Made by a program: the position numbers and the translations under genes | Notes under the pieces: generated by a model | Told to the model about the DNA's origin: nothing | Seen by the model: only the letters and a program-made list of their open reading frames with translations | Databases searched by the model: none | In this document: positions 38,771 through 51,189 of the stretch, one piece after another | How the letters are laid out: each line of letters begins with the position of its first letter | Position numbering within the stretch: position 1 is the first letter of the stretch | Source: Schmidtea polychroa | Taxonomy: Eukaryota | DNA: 64,000 nucleotides | Reading direction: 5' to 3' | Assembly (NCBI GenBank): GCA_044892525.1 | Contig: CM097885.1 | Span: forward strand, 52,888,001-52,952,000

Positions 38771-40604
38771 CCTTTGATAAATAAGCCAATTATTGACTAA
38801 CTTCCAGGAATTGGGCTCGAAATCAGCCAATCACTTGGTTTTCAAAAATCGTAATTATTTATCTGAATATGGCAATCTCTCCTAACGGTTTTTCCAGAGC
38901 TCTAGAAAAATCCACTATTGAGCCTCAAATAATAGTGTTTTCTCCAGACCACCACGTGCATACAGCATTTAGGATTATCAAAATTTTTGAATAGTTAATT
39001 AATTAATTAAATTTTATTTTTGTAATAACTTTACCCGGAGATCCCTGTCAATTTTTATTTATTCCATTCGTAGGTGTTAGAAAAGAACCAACAAAATATT
39101 AAATTTAAAATACTTTTAATATTAAAATGTACATAATAATCGCTGGGTGGCACCTGGAGAGTTAGTACTTTTATTTTTATTTATAGTAATTTTATTTCAT
39201 GATTATCTTTTAACTAATTAATTTTTCAATTCTAATTTCATTTTATTATATTTTACTACTCATATTTTATAAACGTAAAAACTCTGAGATAATTCGGGAC
39301 TCAAAAATATTCATCAATAGCTACTCACTTATTCTCAAAACTTTATTGAATTTTCAATGTTTAATTTAATTAATTCATTTTAATTTATTTTGTATAACAC
39401 CACAAATTAATAAATAAATGAATAAAATGAATGTTTTGAAATTAATTAGAATTTTTATTCGCAGGCCCGGTTCGAAGCGCAGGCGTTATTGGCATATTTC
39501 TATAGTGGAATTTTTTTAATATTTTTGTCAGTTTTAACAGGAAAAATAAAAGGTTTTTCATAAATTTTTTACCAAATCCTGTTTAGATTTGGCGAGTTTT
39601 TGCGCCATTAATATAATAGTAAGTTAGGAATTTGGTAGACAAGAATGTTGTCCACTTGTCCAAGTTATGTATATATATATGTATATATTCAAGTTATGTA
39701 TTCATGCTTTAACTTAAAAATAATTGCACTTCTTTATTTTTGCGGGGAAAATATGCATCTTGCCTTCACATAGAAAACTGCTAGAACCGGGTATGTTTAG
39801 TCTTATTGCATTTCTTAGTTTTTTCATACAGAGAGGGGCTCGGGCTTTAAAATTTTTCATGAACCCGTAAACGTTTAGAGATACTTTGCATGTATACTCC
39901 GCTAATGAATTTCATATTCTTTTTCATTAAAATATAAAAATTAATAACTACAATGTCCATTTTTAAAAATATCACTAATTTCATCCGGAACCCTTTAAAA
40001 AGCTTTATTTAGATAAATAAATTATAAAATTTTCTTTAAGAATCATGAAATTTATAAACTTTATGTATTGTAATGTAACCGTTATTGTTTTCTTGTTCTT
40101 ATGATGTTCTTTTTTCAGTAATTCTGTTTTCCCATCTTGCCCAGAAGAATCATCGAGTGGAAAGTTTATCGTTCAGAGAGAAGAAATTAAGAATTTTAGA
40201 ATTTTAAGGGTAAGAACCACTCCCCTTCAGCCATAGCAAGGCAGTTTCTGTATTAAAATAAAATTTGATAATTTTTTCGTGACCAAAAGTCAAAACCATC
40301 TGATAAATGCGAAATATATCCGGTTTTATCCATCATCCAATAAAATGACAAACGGATACACAATTTTGAGTTTCTTGCGTATTGTATCAATTTGGAAACG
40401 GTGTACTGTAATTCCTTATCTATGAAGATGTATTTTTTCTTGGCCTATTATTTAACCAAGACTCAGTGAACCTTTTTTTTGGTATTTTGATTTCAGATTA
40501 TTCATATTTATAAACAGAAACTTTTGATTACATGTTTTAGTACAATATGAAAAATATTTAAAACAATATAATTTTGAAAGTTTGTTATTTCCACATCTTC
40601 GGAA

Positions 40605-41050
40605 CATGGGCGTCCGCAGGAATTTTTCGAAGGGGCGGGGGCAAAAATATTTTTTTACCAAGTAGACAATTTTTCTAGGGGGGGAGAGAGTTAAAAAAAA
40701 ATACATGTGTATAATAAATATTTGGGGCGTACAAAATAGGACTTTTTTTTTGTTTATTTATAAAATAGAACACTTTTTTTAAAACCAGAACGTCATTGAA
40801 AGTTTTTATACAAATAAGATGATTTGAAATCATTGGTTTCCAGATATAATTAATAACATTAAAAAAAACAGGAAGCCTCTTTAAATTAAATTTTTTTATT
40901 AATTTTTTTGTCTTTGGGTTTTTCTAACATTGTTTGAGCGCATCTATTAAAATGTGTTTAAATTAATCGAAAAATAGATTGGTTTGGGAAATTCAGGGGG
41001 GGGGGGGGCAAGTGCTCCCACTCCCCCACCCCTCATTGCGGACGCCCATG
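40605..41050. mobile_element. hAT MITE
   Basis: Perfect 14-bp TIR CATGGGCGTCCGCA; 8-bp TSD CTTCGGAA. Confidence 0.92.
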
Positions 41051-41639
41051 CTTCGGAATTATAAGGTTAGAAGTATGTTGAAATTCTTAAAAACAGATTT
41101 TTAGTAATCGAAATAGTCTCCGTTTACATAACTACACATTTTCCAACGTTTTATAAAAGCGTAAATGCCATTTTTTTTTAAAATCTGGTTTATTTGAGTC
41201 AATAAAGTTTTCAACTGCTGTTTTAATTTTTTTTTCGCCTTTAAAACTTTTCCTTCCTAAATCGTGATTTAGTTTGAAAAAGTAATAGTTGGTTGGAAAT
41301 AAAACTGGTGAATAGAAAGGATGTTGTAGAATTTATAATTGAGCTCATTAGGTTTTCGAACAATTATATTTGATGAATGAGGTCTTACCTTATCGTGTAT
41401 TAGAATGTCTTTGTCGATTTATGAGTTCCTGTATTTTCTATTTCCATGCATCTTTTCAATATATTGGCAATAGTTTTCTGATGTTATTCTTTCGATATGA
41501 AATAGCAACTACTAATTGATTACACCAAACAGTAAACTGAAAGGTTTTTGGATTTAGTGAAAGTTTTGGAGCATGTTTGGGGGATTAACTCTTATCTATT
41601 ATCTAGCCATTAAGCTGTTCTCCTACTAATGTCGTACAA

Positions 41640-41940
41640 TATCAATTTTTCATCCCTCGTCACTATTCTATCCAGAAATGTGAAGAAGATGCATTAATTC
41701 GATACAATTCTGTTTGAGAGTTCATGAGGCACCAGTTTATTCATATTTTTGATATCTTAGAGATGCTGTAATATTGTAACATAGTCAACGTGCATTCTGT
41801 ATCCCAGTTCTGCAAATGTTTGATGTGAATTTTCTTCTAACAATGTCTTCAAAACTTCTTTATCAATTTTGATTTGAGGCCTTTCCCGAGACTCATTTTA
41901 AAGTGATTTATCTTCACCACGAAATTTTTCAAATCAATGC
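41640..41940 (-). pseudogene. mariner transposase N-terminal remnant
   Basis: ESRERPQIKIDKEVLKTLLEENSHQTFAELG...TILQHL, a mariner HTH pattern. Confidence 0.6.
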
Positions 41941-42158
41941 TGGATAGAAAAACCATATTTTTAAAAGTTTACTTATATATAAAGCTTTTGAATAACCTGC
42001 TCTTTAACTTTAAACTTAAACCAAAATAAATTTTTTATTTCAAAAATAATAAAAATTATTAAAAAATATTTTGGTGAGTTTAATTTTGTAGGATAACTGT
42101 GATAAATACCTTTTTGAAATAATATTATTGCACGTTGAATTTTAATGTTTGATTATTA

Positions 42159-43290
42159 TGTAATATATGTCTAAATGCTAAAAGTGTAATATTGTATTAT
42201 TGATGCATGCGTGTATCTTGCTCAAGATACTTACAATATAATTACATCCTCCGGAGGTATAATCAGTTTTTTGATATTAATAAATATTATGTCTACAAAG
42301 TCTTCTAATATGGCGATCACACCAGGACTCATGACAAATAATACATTAAATGCTTTTATTCCAACGTCAAAAATCTTTACCGTTGGAGACAGTCTGACAA
42401 ATTTTTATGATTTTATGATTTAAATCCAACTCCAATTCAATTACAAAATACGTTCATAGTAGCATTTATGTCAACCGAAACGGCTAAATTATATGAAGGG
42501 AAAGCTTTCGAAGAACCTTCAAATTTAGGAAGATATTTAAATAAATCTATCCATTACACAAATGGTAATGAATCAATTCAAGACTTTTTAGGACCATTGA
42601 TCGATTGGCAGAGACACGAATTATCGAAAGAAATTAATTGCTTTTTTATTGCAAAATGCAAAAGAAGATAAAGATATAAAAAGAGAAATCAAGATGAGAA
42701 ATATTTCTAATGTAAAGGAGATTAAAGAGATCACTATGAAGATTGAAGAGATTAATAAAGAAATGAAAAATAAAGATATTGCGGCTATAAAATCATTCAA
42801 AATAAGTTATGCAAATGTGATGCAAATTGAATTTTTTGACAATATTTTGTATGATGATTGTGGTATGCTTGATGTTATATTTATAAATACTGTAGATAAA
42901 ATAAATAAAGGTATTGACAATAAAGTATGCACTTTAAATAATGATTGTAAATCAAGAAAATAAGGTCGATTTCTTTATTGCAAATGAAATTTCGCCAAGT
43001 GTGATATGGAGTATTTATATGTTAGATCAATTTAATATTAAACTTGTATTGAACCCACGAAAAGAAAATATTTTAATGTTGGATGATGGAAAACCAAGTA
43101 ATTTAAAAAAATGATCAAATTAGTCGAGATGAGACTTTGAATAAAATAATTAAAGATTATGAAAATATATTTATAAATGTAGGCAAAGCCAATTTAGTAA
43201 AACATGGTATATTAACAAAAAGCGAACCTATTGTTATTAACCCTAAGACCGAGACAACTTTAATAACAAATTTCATTCAACGAGAAACAT
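42159..43290 (+). pseudogene. Old degenerate Gypsy related to the 4669-9836 element
   Basis: PBS TGGCGATCACACCAGGA at 42311; DKDIKREIKMRNISNVKEIKEITMKIEEIN aligns with Gag DKEIQKEIKMRDALKVEEIKDVIRKVDAIN; pol-like VGKANLVKHGILTK. Confidence 0.8.
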
Positions 43291-43823
43291 CGGAACAGAT
43301 AATTTATATATTAGTTGCCCTAAACGGTTTCTACTACTATGCGGTAACATACTTGTCTTTCTACCTCAAATTATCAGTATACTTGGCTACAAACTTCCAA
43401 AGAACTCAACATACACAATGAAACTTTTAACCACTTATTACAACCAAAAAATAAAAGTATCTTCATCAATTGTAATTTAAAATTCACGAAATCCTTAAAA
43501 TATTTGGTTCCAAAGAATGCACACACACTCATCAAAAGTTTGGACCAAACACATAAATACAAAAAATATTTTGTCAGGAAAAAATATAGAGAAAATGACC
43601 TGTCCCATGCAGCTAAAACATGAGTAACTATAAAAACTACATGAGTAATTATAACTATGGATAAGTACAACTACAAAAATTATAATTGCTAATTATTAAT
43701 ATTATTATGTTATTATTATTAAACAATTAAATGATAATATAAGAATTTTGCTGTGAAGTACCCGGCCTACCAAAAGTCTATAGTCAGGCAGTTATTTACA
43801 TATTGCAGTCTATAATGAACAGC

Positions 43824-44600
43824 TTATAATGAACAGCAATGGGAACAAATGTCACAAACACACACGAATACTGAATGTCTGGAGCGATTAGAGAAGTAGT
43901 ACTTCGTTAAATTACCTTTCATCTGGATAACAAGGCGCATTGTATCGACCAATTTTGTCAGGAAATCAGGGGAGATGTGTGACCATTTCTCATACAGAAG
44001 CGTTTTCAGTTCGGAGGCGTTACGGGCTTTTGCGAATTCGTCTACCAAGAACGTCCCACAGAAACTCAATAGGATTCAGATCAGGGCTGTGTAAAACCAA
44101 TCCAAAACGTTGATGCTATGCTTCAGAAATAATTCCTTCATAATGTCCGAAGTATGGATTGGTGCATTATCTTCTTGAATAATGAGCCCTTCAATTTCTG
44201 GTAAAAAGGGAACAAGCTCATTTTCCAGAATGGCACGACATTCCACTGATGTCAATTGATTGCTGTACTTCACTAGAGGGCCAGTTCCACGAGATGAGAA
44301 AGGACTCCGAATCATGATGGTGCCTCCTCCATATTTCACAGTAAGCTGAATGCAGTCAGTGTGAAATCGTTCTCCTACACAACGCCAGCAGAATTGCTGT
44401 CCATCAGATTTGAAAAGAGTGAAACGTGATTCATCACTCCAAATGACTGAGCGCCATTGTTCTGCTGTCCAACTCCTTCTCTCTCGGCACCAATTCAAAT
44501 GACGACGACGAATTGTTTCTGTAATCAAAGGCTTCCTTGAGCAGTATCTGCCATAGAAACCATGAAAATGTAATGCGCAACGAATGGTAGACATGCTGGC
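43824..44600 (-). pseudogene. Tc1 transposase remnant
   Basis: WRSVIWSDESRF, TVKYGGG and QEDNAPIH motifs. Confidence 0.9.
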
Positions 44601-45030
44601 ATGAACAGGGCCAGTGTTAAATGTATATATTCAATAAAATGAAAAGATTTTCGACTATAAAAATAATTCTTATCAATTTCGTGGAATTTAGCTCCTTCAA
44701 TTTTTAAATGCTTTTTGATCTTCTCCTTGGTCCAAAACAAAATAAATCAAAATAAAAATTATTTTAGATAAAAGAGAGATTTTAAAGCTTTTATAACTAG
44801 TTTTCAATTGTTTTAATAAAAAATATTATAATATATTTATTTATAAAAAAATTATATAAATCTTTATATATACAATTTAGAAATTTCTAAAGATAATTTT
44901 TTGATTTTTATTCCTAATGGTTCTTAAAAGTTTACTTCCTTAAAATTTGATCTATGTTATTTATATTATTTTTCAAAAAGAAAATATTCTCAAGGTCAAT
45001 TATTATTAATGTTATTATTAATATTATTAA

Positions 45031-45101
<71 letters not shown>

Positions 45102-45518
45102 TTTAATATAACTATTATTAATATTATTAATGGCTATTAGTGTCATTGTTATTAGTGAAATTGTCATTAGTAACATTATTATAATAACTAATTTCTGAAC
45201 TGATCGTATATAAAACTTGATACTGAATATTATTATATATTGTCTGAAATAATAATAATAATAATAATTACTATAACGTTTATATAGACGTAAAGTCAGA
45301 TTAATTAATATAAATACCAGTTAATTGATATCATCTAGGTAGATGAAAATATATAATAAGTAATATTTATCTATAATTCAACTAGATAATTATAATTAAT
45401 TATTTATTTTGCAACTAAGCAACGATAAAACTAGTCAAATGTTGAGCCAATCGCATTAAAATAGCTTTTGTGTTTTTAATTGTTTTTTCTTTTTTTTCAT
45501 TTATTTTGTTTTTAATCA

Positions 45519-46952
45519 ATGAATATAAATGTAGAATCTAAATTAGAAAGAGAGAGACAGATAAAATATCTGGAAAGCGTCAGTAATAATTGTCTGATAT
45601 TGAGTCGTGAAAAGTTCAAAAATGTGTTGGAATGTAGAACGAATTCGAGTACAACTGAAAAATGCAATAAGGATGCGAAATCAAACTTCGGAATGTCACT
45701 GACCAGCATTTGGCCAACATTTTATCAATTCAAATATCTGATAATAGAAAAAGAACCAGATAACTCAGAATTGTTAGCTTCAGTTCAACGCCGAGAATTG
45801 ATGAATGAAATAAGACTTAGAAATATATGTAAAGATCCTTATTCTGTAGAAAGAATCAACAAAGGTTTCCAAATAAAGAATAAAGAACCAGGTGATTATG
45901 TAACAGACGACAAAGAAAGGTTGTTCATTAGTATTATTAATTTTTTTAATATTATTATTAGTATTAATTGATGAATCCTTGGTTGCAGTATTAATTAAAT
46001 GTTAAACAATTAAACAATAATTTAAGCCTTTTTCTGCGAAGTTTATATTCAATAAAATGAAAAGATTTTCAATTATAAAAATAGTCTGTAGGAACATAAA
46101 ACTAATCGGTACAATATATTTATTAAATTCAATATCTTTGTAAAAAGTGTATCTGGTATTTGCGAATTTAGGAACGGCATTACATTTCATTGAATATGAC
46201 TCTCCCGATTTCGGGTTGTTTGTAAATTCAATTGTGGTAAATACTTCAATTTCATGATCAAAAGATCAATAGTTGGAGTACCTAGATCCTTCAACCTCGT
46301 AAAACATATAGCAAGTCTGCCAAACAACGAGGTAGCTCAAAAAGCAGAAGCCAAAAAAGCAGCAAATGTTCCAGATTTGAATGAAAACAAACAAGAAGTG
46401 GACATACAAATACCACAAAAAGAAGAAGAAAAAATTGAAATCCATGAAAAAGCAAAAAGATCACCAATGAAAATCCCATCTCCATACTCAACTGATTCAG
46501 GGGAAGAAAGAGGATCAACAGATAAATCAAGCATAATCGGTGTATCCGACTATGCAGATTATAGTGTTGACTTAGGATCTGAACCAGAAGATAGCGACTA
46601 TGAAATAGAAGCTAAATATGCAAGATTTGACTACAAAACAAAAGAAAAATCGACTACGAGTGAAAAGCAAATGACGGTCATAAAATACTCAGAAGATGAA
46701 AGCTCCAACACAAAAAGAGAAAATGAAAAAGCCACTATTGAATTCAGAAAACAATACGAAAAGGCAGTAAAGGAAAAAGAAAAAGCGGACAAAAAACGCA
46801 AAGAAGAAGAAGAGAAAGCCAAAATGGCAACACACGAAAAAGTATCAAAAAAACGAATAGAGGAAGAAACGGAAGCCCAAATTACCGTTATATCTCAAAA
46901 AGAAAATGACCGAAAAAGAAAAAAAACTAAAAAGAAAAACGGCAAAAAATGA
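45519..46952 (+). other. Interrupted unknown ORF(s) with a charged low-complexity C-terminal part, probably element-derived
   Basis: 150-aa and 232-aa ORFs with shared A-rich coding bias, separated by a pseudo-LTR repeat copy at ~46003; no recognisable domain. Confidence 0.3.
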
Positions 46953-47627
46953 GAAAATATAAAGACAAAGAAGCAAAGAAAAACTTCAAAATTACTACAA
47001 ATCTAGCTAAGAGTAAGGGTCTATAAAAGACTTGAATCTTACCTGGTCCTTATATATTTATTATATAGTTGTTTATTATTTTATGCCAGTATAGAACTAG
47101 GGTCCTGTAGACCTGAATTCTATCCTGTACTCTTACATATTTTAATTGTGTACTGTTTTCTATTGCTAATAATTATTGTACAATCACCATTATCTGAGCG
47201 TAATTGTTGATTTGAACTTAAGGTATCCATTGACATGTTTCTGTGATCTGACGATGAGTAAGAGTATCAGCAGCAGCAACTTTAAGAGATTTATCATTTG
47301 CAATCCTATCTGATAATGACAATTAAACTGTCGAAATATTTCGTAAAATGTATGTTTGAAAAAAATTACTAAATTCGTGAAAATGCGAAAAATCTTGAAT
47401 ATCAAAAAAACATCTATATCTTTATTGGTTAATAGTAATTTTTTTAATAAATGCAATGTCAATCGAAAAGAAATCAGAGGTAAAAATTGAAAGAATTTCT
47501 TATTATTCAAGCAACAGTGGTGAATTAACTTTAGGCCCGGCAGTGCGGGCTGCTTCCCTCGCCTCTATCACCTGCCACAATATAATGACAAAATATTGTT
47601 CTGCTTCAGAACACATGATAAAAAATA

Positions 47628-48442
47628 CACCAAACACTACTGAGATACGTTTCCTATAATATAAGAAAAAATCAATAATCTTACATTATAGAAACATACA
47701 TACTTACTTTGATTTCACGCTGATATTCTCATTTATAGTGCAATGATATACATTTTACACTATAGAAATCTAAAAAGTGATAGAAAAATTAAATACTGCA
47801 CACAAACACAACATATACTAAAAACACATACAAACTTTCGATTCATAGAAATTCACCGCTGAGATACGTTTCTATAATAACTTTATTTTAGATAATTTTT
47901 GAAAAGAAAAGGTTGAAAATTTTTTAAAATATATTTTTAATAAAAATATCAATGTCTTTTTAATCCAGATTTGATTTCCCTTCATATTGAGCTCAAAATA
48001 AAAGTTACAAAAGTTACAAAAATTATTTTATTCATATTCCGCGATTTTCCCTAAAATGTTTTAGAAAAATACATATTTTTGTTGATTGATTTATTCAATT
48101 ATAATTAAAAATATATCTGACTCATATTATATCGAAATAATTCCAAAATACTTAAAAATAAATGTCATAAAATTCCTAAAACCTTGAAAATTAATTAAAA
48201 ATAATTTATAATTATACTGTTGACTAAAAGTAATATTTAAGAACTTGAATAATGATCTCATATCTATATGGATCAAAATTCAAGTCTTAAAATTTATTTA
48301 AAATTAAATATCTTACCTGAAAGCCATTTCAAAATTGGCTAAAATAAATTTCAAGGAATGAAATTTATTAAATTGGTGAATCAATTTAATGATTTACACA
48401 TCAACCACCACTATAGAAAATGTATCTCAGTGGTGTTTGGTG
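47628..48442. mobile_element. TIR element flanked by TA dinucleotides
   Basis: CACCAAACACTACTGAGATACGTT vs ATGTATCTCAGTGGTGTTTGGTG; a related motif occurs at ~1128-1150. Confidence 0.6.
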
Positions 48443-49644
48443 TAAGTTAAAGAAAAATCAAATACACATTATACTATAGCATAGATTATCAAAGTTATTT
48501 CTTTTACCGCCCCCTTTGAAAATCAATTATTTTTCAGCGCCCCCATTTTTTATACACTCCTAAAACTTAAAAACCACAATTTCATTACTTTAGTTCATTT
48601 AGTTATAGTATGATATATTAGTCGGTTCTGGTGTTTAAACTAACATTCTAAACTAGAAATCTTTACCAGTGAGAGCCATTAAAATGCAACTTTATAATAT
48701 TAATACTATATTTTAATCAAATTAAAAGAAACAATATAGATAGATAATCAGTTTTAGTTTTTAAACTAATCTAATGAGATTGATGAATTTGATGATTTTT
48801 AACAAGTTTGTTGATATCAAGTTCGATTTTACTTAAAAACAGTCGTAAGTCGCCGCGTTTGGTAACTTCCAAATGATTTCTCTTTTTAGTAAGCAGCGTT
48901 GTCACAGCGCTAAATCTACGTTCACACAAATATGACGATGGGAATGCTATCAAAAATCGTTGAACGATCGACCACAATCCAGGGTACAACTGCGGAATTG
49001 ACTTTTGTAGACAAAATTGTTGGTAGCCATTTTTGAATTTAACTTTTATTTCCTCGTTGTCAACTCTATAAGTTCTCCTTCCAGCTGGGGTGATATTGCA
49101 ATGTTGACATTTAAAAAAGGATCTAACACCCAGTTTGGTATTTCCAATTTCAAAATGTCCTGGAATCTTTCAATGAAATCACTGTGAAGATTTTCTAAAT
49201 GTTGGTAGTATACGAACAAGTTGTCGTTGTTGCAGGATACTGATAAATTGGGAAAATTATGGAACTCGCGTCTGCTGATATTCTTCTTATGTAAGAGCAG
49301 CTTGGCTACGAAAGCAGCAACGACATGTTTTGTTTTTATTAAGTTCAAGTCATCGCCTTGAAGTTGGAGATTCATATCATTAAGCAATGTATAAAGGTCT
49401 GTCAGGTATGCGATATCATTCTTTGATGTGATGAGGTTTTCACACAATTCTGTGTCTTTGTTTTCCAAGAACTCTATGACAGAGTCAAACAGATTGAAAA
49501 AACGAGTTAGACAAATTCCTTTTTGATCAATCGGTTGAAATCTTCACCATTAGCAGTAGGTAGTTAGGAGCACCCGCAGCAAACCCCCCCTGGGGGGGGG
49601 GTTGTGCTGCAACTTTTTTTTTGCTGCAACTTTTGATTACGCAA

Positions 49645-50930
49645 TTTTTCAGACTATAGTGAGGGGGTCTCGATGGTCCTGGGATTTTCAATACAAAAAT
49701 CCGACTACCACTAAAAAAGCATGGAATTTTCAGACTATAGTGAGGGGGTCTCGATGGTCCTGGGATTTTCAATACAAAAATTTTTTTTCAATACAAAAAC
49801 GATGGTCCTGGGATTTTCAATACAAAAAAAAATTTTCAATACAAAAATCCGACTACCACTAAAAAAGCATGGAATTTTCAGACTATAGTGAGGGGGTCTC
49901 GATGGTCCTGGGATTTTCAATACAAAAATTTTTTTTCAATACAAAAACGATGGTCCTGGGATTTTCAATACAAAAAAAAAATTTTCAATACAAAAATCCG
50001 ACTACCACTAAAAAAGCATGGAATTTTCAGACTATAGTGAGGGGGTCTCGATGGTCCTGGGATTTTCAATACAAAAATTTTTTTTCAATACAAAAACGAT
50101 GGTCCTGGGATTTTCAATACAAAAAAAAATTTTCAATACAAAAATCCGACTACCACTAAAAAAGCCAAGGATTTATCACACTATAGTGAGGGGGTCTCGA
50201 TGGTCCTGGGATTTTCAATACAAAAAGCTGGTCTCAATAAAAAAGCCAAGGATTTTTCAGACTATAGTCAGGTGGGTCTCCTTACTCCTGAGAAGAAGGT
50301 GGTCTACACTAAAAAACGTGGTAAATTTTTTCAATTACAGTAAATAATGGTTCTAAAAATTGAATTAAAGTAAATTATGGTTATAAAAATTGAAATTACA
50401 GTAAATTATGGTCTAAAAATTAAATTACAGTAAATAATGGTTCTAAAAATTGAATTAAAGTAAATTATGGTTATAAAAATTGAAATTACAGTAAATTATG
50501 GTCTAAAAATTAAATTACAGTAAATAATGGTTCTAAAAATTAAATTAAAGTAAAATATGGGTCTAAAAATTAAATTAAAGTAAATGATGGTTCTAAAAAT
50601 TAAATTACAGTAAATTATGGGTCTAAAAAATTAAATTACAGTAAATTATTGTCAAAAATTTTGAATTACAGTAAATTATGGTTCTAAAATATTAAATTAC
50701 AGTAAATTATGGTCCAGATTTTTCAATTAAAGTAAATAATGGTCCAAATTTTTAAATTAAAGTAAATTTAAGTTCTTAAAAATTAAATTACAGTAAATAA
50801 TGGTCCAAATTTTTAAATTAAGTAATCAATGGTAAAAAATTTTAAATAAGTAAATTAAAGTAATAATTTTTAAATTAAGTAATCAATGGTAAAAAATTTT
50901 AAATAAGTAAATTAAAGTAAATTAAAGTAA
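49645..50930. repeat. Tandem repeat arrays in the left Maverick arm (mirrored at ~56640-57530)
   Basis: Units of ~85-150 bp containing CAGACTATAGTGAGGGGGTCTCGATGGTCCTGGGATTTTCAATAC, followed by ~29-30-bp AAATTACAGTAAATTATGG units. Confidence 0.9.
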
Positions 50931-51189
50931 GATTTTAAAATTTAATTACAAAATAATAGAAGGTGTTTGAGAATTGAAATTTTTTAATAGAAATTTTAAT
51001 GAATTATTTTTCAATGGTAATTTTTAATAGAAAATTTTATGAAATATTTTTCAAAGACAAATTTTAGATGGAAATTTTTATGGAATAATAATAATAATAA
51101 TAATATTAATAATAATAATAAAAAATGAACTATACACATAAAAATTTACCAAATAACAAATGTAAAGATATAAAATTTATTCAATAAAA

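Noticed and set aside
49555..49568. Telomere-like TAGG/TTAGG at the element ends
   Set aside because: Too short; explained by the AGT-type terminal repeats of Mavericks.
49527..50347. Repetitive short ORFs and a CRISPR-like appearance
   Set aside because: Tandem repeats within the Maverick arm; the intervening sequences are themselves repeated, there are no unique spacers or cas genes, and the context is eukaryotic.
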